Shown here one piece after another: positions 40,786 through 49,471 of a stretch of 59,314 nt of DNA (positions are counted from its first letter, which is position 1; each line of letters begins with the position of its first letter). This DNA is from Perkinsus chesapeaki ATCC PRA-425 (lineage: Eukaryota; Protista; Perkinsozoa): NCBI GenBank assembly GCA_013115145.1, contig JAAPAO010000165.1:1-59314 (forward strand), given 5' to 3'. The position numbers were made by a program, and so were the translations under genes. The notes under the pieces were generated by a model. That model was given only the letters and a program-made list of their open reading frames with translations, was not told the DNA's origin and ran no database searches.

Positions 40786-43700
40786 AAAGTAGCGGAGAAG
40801 TCGGTATGAACAAATTTGCACGCACGCACAATATTGTACATTATCAACGTCTTGTTTAGCGAGCGGATTGTCGCTCATATTGAAAGACGAATATGTAGTG
40901 GAGTAGGAAAATCTTTATAGTGCGTAGATGACGTATCTTTGTATGGCAAGGCAGCAGCAGCAGTAATGGTGTGTAGTGCTGTATTGTTGTTTTCTATTAC
41001 GTTTCATAGACATCAGACAAGTCAATCACAACGTTAACTAGTATTGGTTTTGAGTTGTGGGTGAAATCGATTAGATGATCGATTTGGCGGGAGAAGGAGT
41101 ATTATGGGGATGAAATCCTTCCAGAGGGGTTCTCTGCCATCTGCTGGAATATTGTTATGGTGGAGGTCGACGAAGGCTCCCTACTCCAGTGGGAGCGTGT
41201 GATGAATAATAGTCTTCAGTCCAGGCTGGGCTCATAGGCCTTGGGAGCAGCCCCGAGCGGCTTTCGTGGGAAGGGCATTGCGACTCCGATAGTAGGCTTT
41301 TGAGGCAGGGAGTGATATAGTAACATCAGATGTTTCCAGCAGGAATGCGTTACAAATTTCCGTTTGGTTTTGAAAAATTTCCGTCGGGTCCGGGAAAATT
41401 TCAGTTTAGGAATAGTCGGTGATCTCTCGGGAACACATTTCTGAGAGGCCAGAGACGACTTCCAGTTGTGAGGTTTTGTGTCGGTGGATTTTACGAGTAC
41501 AAGGTGACTCAGAAAATGTGCTTGATAAATTCCTAAGAAGGGTGGCACGTATGAGGTTCGAAGGCTCTCAGAAATTACTTGCTATTGGTTGACGGCCCAT
41601 GATGATATTTGATGGGGTTGGCGAGAAATGTCGATTTTAAAATTCCCAAAGTATCAGTTAGAATGGAAGAGGTAAGCGTTTTATAGGCTTTGGTGCGTGA
41701 GATTAAACGGGGTTTGGGTTTTCGGGTTTTCGGGTTTTCCGAGGTACCGGTTAATTCAGTATTTGAGTTGTCCTTACCGGGAATGGAACCTGGTTCGTCT
41801 GGACAAGAAATGGAGAACGGAGGAGAGGATCGATTTATGATGGCATCGCCGCATCATACGGGAGGACACAGAAGGGTGGCGCACACGCCTGCTGGCCATT
41901 CGCCGGCGGTGGACCCGCGTAATTGTGGGGAAGGTGGATCCTTCATTTGCAACAGAAAATTGAAGATATGCTTTTATATGGTCGATGAGGTTGTTGTTGA
42001 TATTTGGAAATCATTGTATTGTCCGATCAGGGTGGGGCTGGTGATAATGGACAGGGAGCGGTCGTGGATGAATTTCGGAACTTTGCTACTATACAATTTT
42101 ACTATAATATTAAAACACAGGAGAACTTAATTAAAAATAGATTACTCTTTTCTAGGACGATTACACAGTGATTAGGAAGTGATAGCCATCAGTCTCTGTG
42201 TCGGGGTAATAATTGCTCGATATGAACGCCTCGTAAACCTGGAATGCATCGCTGGGATATCATTCGTGCGTACATATGTTATTATAGGGTTACCGCCGGC
42301 AATTGCCCATCGAAGCCCGCGTAGTCGGCCACCACTGCATCCCAGTACACCTAGGAGGAGCAGGCCGGGGATGTCGAGCCCGAGAAGGTAGTGTGGGGAA
42401 ATATAATGATGTTCAAAGTTGGATGGTTCTTCTAGAAAGCTTGTGATAATTACTTCTCAGTAGGGTTTTCAAGTAGCATATCTCACATAGGGGCATTTGG
42501 TTGATTGATTGATCGAAGACTCCATTTGATTGTCTTTTTGTATTCGTCATAGAATAAATATTTGGGAATTTGCGTTATCTTGAAAAACATTTTATGTTGA
42601 TCGGTGGAGCTGCTACTGTCCAAAGGTGGCCTGAGACTTGGTTGAAATTTGATTCAAGGCACCAAGTTTTCTGAACTCCTCAATATGGCCATCTGTGTAT
42701 GTCTTTCTCTCTTGCTATGTTATGAGGGAAGGTCGTGACTTTGTTACAGAGCACGCGTGGAGCGCTGCTTGATGGAGTCTTAGTAGTAATCGATATCGAC
42801 CAGTACTATCGTACGGCATAAGTTGTATTACAGTGAAAGCAATCGAGTCGGTAAACTACATCGAATCTAAAATATAAATACATTAATAATTAGTAACATG
42901 TTGATTGTTGATATCATCACGAACGGAAGTGTAGTGTGAATGGATATCACTTTTTATAAACTGGTTGTGTATTTTACGTTGACTTACCCCCGCAAATGCT
43001 TCCCATTCGACGGACGATCTTCCTCCATGAAAAATACCTGTTATTTTTCTCGGCATGGTCTTCCTTGATTTGTTATCTATGTCAGTTGGGCTCAGACAGG
43101 AGTGGAGTCACGGTCGCAGCAACCGGCGCAATCATCGAGTACTACGCCCAGCACGGCGGTAGGCGAAGTAGTGGTGGTCGAGCAGCAGCAGGGAGCGGAG
43201 GGGGGCTTAGACGAGGGTATGGATGCCATGGGGCTCGAGGAAAACGATCTGATGAAACGAGAAGGAAAGGCGGCAGGTGAGCTGGTGTCAGGGGGAGGGT
43301 CTTCGGTGGGGTGGGAATGTCGTTAATTACTCAACGATCGCCGAACAAAGCGAGTCCAACGGATGACTCTGATGGTTTCTGGAATAGCATTTTAGGGGAC
43401 TTTGAACAGCAACTTCTAAGGGTGGGCTTATTGATGGAATCTTCCTTTAATGTTACCTTTTACGTTATATAAGTTGTAAACCACGGGGCTTACCGAGTCG
43501 AGGAAGCCGCGAATACGGCGACCAGAGTACTTTTGTGAGCTGTGGGAAGAAGTGGACCTATTCTGGTTGATATCGCCTCACGGAAATATGGGAGGAGGGG
43601 GCTATAATGGGGATTTCGGTAGGAGATATGCTCCTAGGGCGGCATCGAATGCATCCCTTCTGGGCGGCCTAACATGTGATTTTCCTCCCTTTTTTACCTT

Positions 43701-46700
43701 GCTCTTTTTTCAATAGCGCGTTGCAAAAGTCCCTGCAAAGCCAGTGGAGAGTAAACGACAGTAAATGATACCTTTCAGGAAACACAAGCTCAGATGACTC
43801 CTTTTTCGAGGGAGAGTATTCCAGTCCGGTTCCGGCGCGGCAACCTCGGATAGAAGTGCCTCGGTACAGAGCGGATACGTTTCGATCTGATGGGGGTAAT
43901 TTCGTGGCGCGGTGACTGTCGGCTGCTGATAGTCTTCACTAGGTGATTCGGACTTCAATTCGGATGCGGAAGGGAGCGTAATGGGTGATGCTGATTTGGC
44001 TGGTCGACGAGGGCGGGTGGTCGGGCCGGCTATGGTGGCATCTGATAGGAGTTTTGGGGCTATACTGAAGCAGGAACGACAGTAAGTTGGTAGGGAGAGT
44101 TGTTTCTAACTGCAAGTGAACGGAGCAGTTTGGCACTGTGCTCGCTCAGTGGCTGATGCTGAAACTCGCATTAGTGCGTGGAAGGCAATTTGGAACGAAT
44201 ACTGAGTTACGAAATTGGTTCGTTGGACGCTGCAATGGATATAACGTGCCCACCAGAGTGCACCCTCATCTGGGCGTGACTGGAGTTGCCCAAAATGTAT
44301 CACATTGCTTATTCATTTCGTATTATGCTCATGATTATTATCCGCTCAAAAGGTCAGTGGTTTATCATTCTCATTATCGGTGATGCTTTGCTGATTCTGT
44401 CGTCAAGGTACCTCCTGTCACGTACTCCTCCGCCGTTCCTCTCACCCCTGCCTGAAATACTTCGCGTCATCGGTTCAATAATAGCATTGATATTAGCAGT
44501 CGGCGTGGCAGTTACAGCGATGGTGGGATCAATAAATTGGATAACTGCACTCAACTGCCCGTATCCGGTAAGATATCCAAATCGATCACGCGAGCGATTT
44601 GTTTTTTTAGGCTATACCGTTTGCTGCTAGCGAGAACATAGACGGTCTCTACTGTCGAGTGAGGGTATCCTACTCTAGTGTGACCCAGCAGCAGCAGGAT
44701 TGGGCTACGATCTACAGTCCGTACACGACAAGCGTAGCGAACCGCAATGGAAATTTAGGCTGTAAGTGTGTGAGTGTTTCGAGCGCAACAAAAACAATCA
44801 ACGAATTGGTGAAGTCTCCGGCAAATTCCCGAGAAATAGGCGCGTAAATTTGTGCGGTATTTTTTGGATGTTAGAATAGAAATTTGTCTTCAGGAAGGTC
44901 CCTGGTTCGATTCCCACAGTTGTCGTTTTTAGGTACGCAGATTAGCAATAATGAAGTTAGTTGTCTATCGGCCATTCCCTGTGATTTCGCAGTACAACTG
45001 TCATCGGACGGCACTAGTTGTCCAGCCAATACCATTCTCTGGACTGAAGGAGAGTAACCGATGCCTGCCGCAGGTTCATTTCATACCACATTTCCCTCAG
45101 ATTTAATGACAACATATTACCTTTTGGTGGCTCTTGCCAGTATCTTTTGGCCCTCGATCTTCAGCAGTATCTAGTTTCCGGCGCTGGTATAAGCGTTGAG
45201 CCTTTCTGCACAGCAAACGGCGACGTCCCACCGGGAAAAGTATTTGTTGGATTTCGTGGCGCGTGAGAAATTTCATTTTCAGGTGATTATAGCAAACGCC
45301 TTATTGGTACTTTGTGCCGGTTGGGTTATCTTCATCGTGATTGGCGAAATACGAGTCTACGTAAGAAAGTTGAAATAGCGCGCGAGTTGGTGATCTATTG
45401 TGTCGTCTCGGGGGTTTGTTCGCGTAGCAGTTAATCGATCACGCGATCGATTTGTTAACTCAGGTTAAACGACAGAGGAAAGCTCGGCTTGAAGAGGTGG
45501 ATAGGAAAGTGATGGAGCCGAAACTCCCTGGTGTAGGTTTCAATTTTGTGGCGCGCGTGAATTTTAATCAGGTGCACGCGGCATATCGTCGTCGAGTACA
45601 AGCCAGTTGGACCGAGCAGGCTAATCGGGAGCACAGAAGGTTAATGGAAAAACAAGTGAGAGCGAAGGCTTGATTTTCAGATGGGCGGGTCTGCCTATAT
45701 CAAATATAAAACATTTATAGTTTATATTTTCGGTATAATTCTTTGAGTCGCGCAAAGCTGTGGGGAATTTGGCCTAAATCTAATGTAAATTCTTACTTTT
45801 TTCTCAATCTTCATTCGGCTCCTTGAGGTGGAGGAGGGACTCTTGATTTTCATCATTTCGCGAAGTTTGTAAAAAGCGAGCGTTTCGCTATCGATGCCCC
45901 GTTTTTCAGGCCGAGGAGCAACATAGCGACACAGATTCCGTGAAATCTCCGCAGTCCGTCTTCTCGGTTGATTTGGATTCTCCTTCTGGTCTGAGGAGCA
46001 ACGTCCATATGGCGTTCGAGCACGGAAACTTACAAGACTTGGCTGGAGGATTGGTAAAGACGGTTGATGAGAGTGGTGAGTAGGAGGGGAGGGCTTTAGA
46101 ATATATATACCAAATTACGCAGAGGAAGTCGGTGAGCATGAGGAGGATACAAGGCACGGAAAGCTCCAGTGTTGGAGTGTCTAAGTTTCCAATGTTGCTC
46201 GGGCAAGGAAATGTCGATGAAGTTTTATTACATTGCTTTGCTCGATTTTTGCATGTTCCCCCCACTATCAGGGAGTGCACCCCCTACAGCGATCTTCCTT
46301 AGCAGACAGTTCACGCCTCCATCGCATCTACTCGATGATCGAGTCTCGATCATCTTCCATATTCAGAGACCCTTGCTGCTGTAGTATCTCTAGCTTCAAC
46401 TGTCACGTTCGATCGATTGATTCTAAGTATTTGGCCTGCTATTCTTGGCGCGCGGGAAGACTATGCTCTATATTATAGAGCCATAATTGCCCTCCTTTTA
46501 TGGATCTACCTTCAGTATAAATACCATGAAATAGTATATACTATTGTTTCCTGATTTTTTCCACAAGAAATCTCGCAATTTACTTGCTCGCGGCTGAGCG
46601 TTTTCACTAGTTCGTATAAAGATTCTCGCCTCCCGTCTCAGATGTGCATGAGCTTCGCTCCGCTGAGGGTATGTAACTTTTCGGCCTCAGGAAACCCGAT

Positions 46701-47712
46701 ACATCCGTACGCTCGATTTCAAAGTAAAGAGTGGCGTGCGAGAGTATCCGTGGCGTTATTGGAGATTCGATACAGAGCCAAAATGGCCGTCAAACGAGGA
46801 GTTCTGTATTGGTCTTTAACGATGGTTTTGTAAGCGAAAGGTCCCTAGTTCGATCCTCGGCGGAGGTCTTTTTATCATTTAGGGGATGGATTCTACTGTT
46901 CCTTTGCTGCCTTCTTGTGGTGGGAGTGTTCCCGAATCAGATTTATCAGAATTCTGGTAAACTGGACTTACTGGATTATATAAACAATGGGGCTGATGGA
47001 GGTGAGGATATCTTTGAGGTTGACCATGCAAGATACGAAAAATGTTGACTACCGAATGATGATCCCCTTGCTAGAGATCCTTAGAGGAGTTCTTATTCTG
47101 TGCCGCGTGTTACCCGAGTTCCGATGGTTTTTTGTTCCTGCGAAATAATTACAAAAATCTTTGTATTTTCAGAGTCAGTGCCAGCAGTCGCCGTGATCGA
47201 CTGGCTGGTAATTCTCGACGGCCTCATTCTCACAATTCTCGCCTTCCTTCCAGCTCTTCTCAGTTCACGGTAAGCATAATCTTGCAATCTTGCACTTTCT
47301 CAACGACGGTTCTCATCAGCTGGCCGTCATTGCCGACAGCTAGGCGATCTAGTGCTGGTCGCAGCATGTCTGAGAGTGGCAATCCGGTGGCGGCGATAAA
47401 TCGAGAAGAAATCGCAGATGAAGATGTTACGGACGTCTGCGTGATCATGGCTCTGCATAGTGGCTGCTGCACTGACCCGATAAAGAGGGCTCGCGTCCGA
47501 AAGATTCTGCGGAGGTGAAAATCTTCGCAGTGCGCAAACGTATCTGAAGCTTGAATTTAGGTGTACATCTCTGTTTCCTCCAAAAGTTCACGGTTGTAGT
47601 CCGATTTTCGTCGTGGAGGTCGGCAATGAATTAGCACCAGCAGACGATTGCTGCAAAATGATTCAAGTAATAAAGAAGGATCTTGCAATCTTGCTCGTTC
47701 TTGCATTTTCTC
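36853..47712. repeat. Dispersed intronic element AATCTTGCAATCTTGCAYTTTCTCAACG
   Basis: Forward at 40567, 47278 and 47680. Reverse complement at 36853-36889, 37227-37252 and 38364-38401. Confidence 0.85.
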
Positions 47713-49445
47713 CACGCTTGTTTAGGATTCTGTTTCACCGGATATTAATTATGCATATTTGCCTGAAGATAACAAATCGATGGCGATTTATTGGGCTAAC
47801 AAATCCTGGGTCCCATCCGTACTGAGATACGCGAATCCTCAGGAGAATCGCAATTCCGCGTAATAATCGATCGTTTGATCGATTTGCAATTTCGTATCAT
47901 GGTTTCAGATTTCGGTATGCTTTGTTGATTACCGATGCGGATTCGGATGATGATTTGATGTTGCCAGTGGCGCTTGATTTGAACACTCAGGTGAGTCATG
48001 TGGAAATAAAAATATCCTTCCACTGGGAATCGTACCGGAGTCGTTAGCTTACAAGAAGAGCATAATACTCACTCGGCTGTTTTGACTTAGGATTATAGAC
48101 GCCATGGAATCAAGGTCGTCTGGTATATGCCAACAGTCCGCGGTGTGAGCAACATGCCTCTGGTGACTATGGAGGATTACATGGTCAAGCAGCGAGCTAT
48201 GTAGGTGTTTCTTTGTAAAACGCGCGCATCCAGATGATCGATATTTCTCAGAATGTCATTTACACAGGAGAAGCTGGGAGGATCATGCGTGGTGACTCCG
48301 CTGAAATCGGTGATGTTATGGGATCGAGCCGCTCTTCATAGAACTCTCGCTGGCTTTATGGGCATTAATGTAAGTCCTATTTCGTGGCGCGTGACGATTG
48401 CAAGATGTGGCTGCGGTAGGCCGATGATGCTCCTGGATTCCTACAGCCATCGTTGATGATGGATCGATACCTGCGGCATGATTTTGAAACTTCGTTAGGA
48501 GGCAGTCAGGTAGCCCGGTGACCTCCGTACAGCCGACCCAAGCTCGATCCCGGGGTGGTTCATTTTTATAAAAGTAATGTTGTGCTTGTCTCAGATTCGT
48601 ACAGACACCGGGAGCAACCATTTTTCTTCCGAGTGCGCTCGTTGGTATCTTCGGTTGAGAATCTTCTCTGTTGTATTTGCCCCGACTGTCCGCGTGAAAG
48701 GTTGTTGTTCTCGAGAAGCTATTGTTGGTCGAATCTGGTCGTTTTTTGCTGACATAGTGCCGACAGTGATGATCATATTGAGGTGAGCATCATCTGTAGC
48801 TACCGAGGATTGAACTCGGGGTTGTTCGCTGACGAATCTTGTTCTTTAACTTTAGGCCATTTCTTCTAGTTTCAATATTTCTTCGGCAGCCCGCCCTTAT
48901 CGGTGTATATTTTGGTATATACTTTGTAGTCTTTCATGGAATATCTGTAGCTTTAATGGCGATAACGTTGCGTAACCGACGAGACGTTCGCCGGCAATGG
49001 AGTAAGACCACGCTTTTCTGGCTCTCAAATCAGCACATCGCTCTACTCTTCAGACTGGTTCGTGGCAACCGTTATGTTGCCATTCTATAAAATCTACCAG
49101 TACGTCATGGATGTCTATCCGGCGCTCCTTCACGTTATGTTCTCTATTCGTAAAATACCAGGCGGCCGTCAGAATATGCATACGGTAAGTCCGTATCACC
49201 ACTCTAACGGTTAAGTTTCGTGCTTGACTTGCTAACAATCATGAGTTCGATTCCATGCCACGGTTTTCATAAAATACAGAGTCGTTGTTTCTCAGGGAAC
49301 TTCAGTCCCTCTGCCGCCTGCTAAGGACGTTGACTGGTTCACCGTGTGGAAGTCAGGCAGCGACACCTCCGCGTCGAACATTCCTGGGGACATCGATGAC
49401 ACTGACCAGAAACGGCGAGACAAGAGGAAGAAGGCACGCCGCTGA
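41783..49445 (+). CDS. GT2-like multi-pass membrane protein, paralog 3
   Basis: MEPGSSGQEMENG...HHTGGHRR (matches paralog 1 NHTGAHRK), RPPLHPST, PIFVVEVGNE, PDINYAYLPED, RYALLITDADSDDDLMLP, VMLWDRAAL, SECARW, TM exons and PLPPAKDVDWFTVW. TGA at 49443-49445. Confidence 0.75.
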
Positions 49446-49471
49446 CTCTTATTGTCAATTGTGCCGACTAT

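Larger units (their letters stand above)
25435..47538. repeat. Dispersed TIR-like element AATCTTCRCAGTGCGCAA / GAGTATCTTTGCGCACTGTGAAGATT
   Basis: Forward at 32833, 36368, 37630 and 47518. Reverse at 25435, 25554, 35677-35854 (several), 36733 and 38533. Confidence 0.85.
33252..47885. repeat. Dispersed intronic palindrome AAATCGATCACGYGATCGATTT
   Basis: Copies at 33252, 36003, 37782, 39263, 44579, 45433 and 47864, plus intergenic 41064. Half-sites at 26482 and 40400. Confidence 0.9.
23955..48816. repeat. Dispersed intronic tRNA-3'-half/B-box elements (GTTCRAWYC core), at least 17 copies in both orientations
   Basis: Plus-strand cores at ~25743, 26199, 27542, 28319, 29583, 31609, 37061, 44904 and 46847. 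Minus-strand cores at ~23962, 26637, 30599, 31934, 32478, 33905, 38061 and 48807. Many continue as CYCGGYGGMGGC followed by a T-run. Confidence 0.85.

Noticed and set aside
23955-48816. Calling the T-arm elements tRNA genes
   Set aside because: For the ones I checked (such as 29583 and 37061) there is no matching 5' acceptor strand, D-arm or anticodon arm upstream; that sequence is exon or splice donor.
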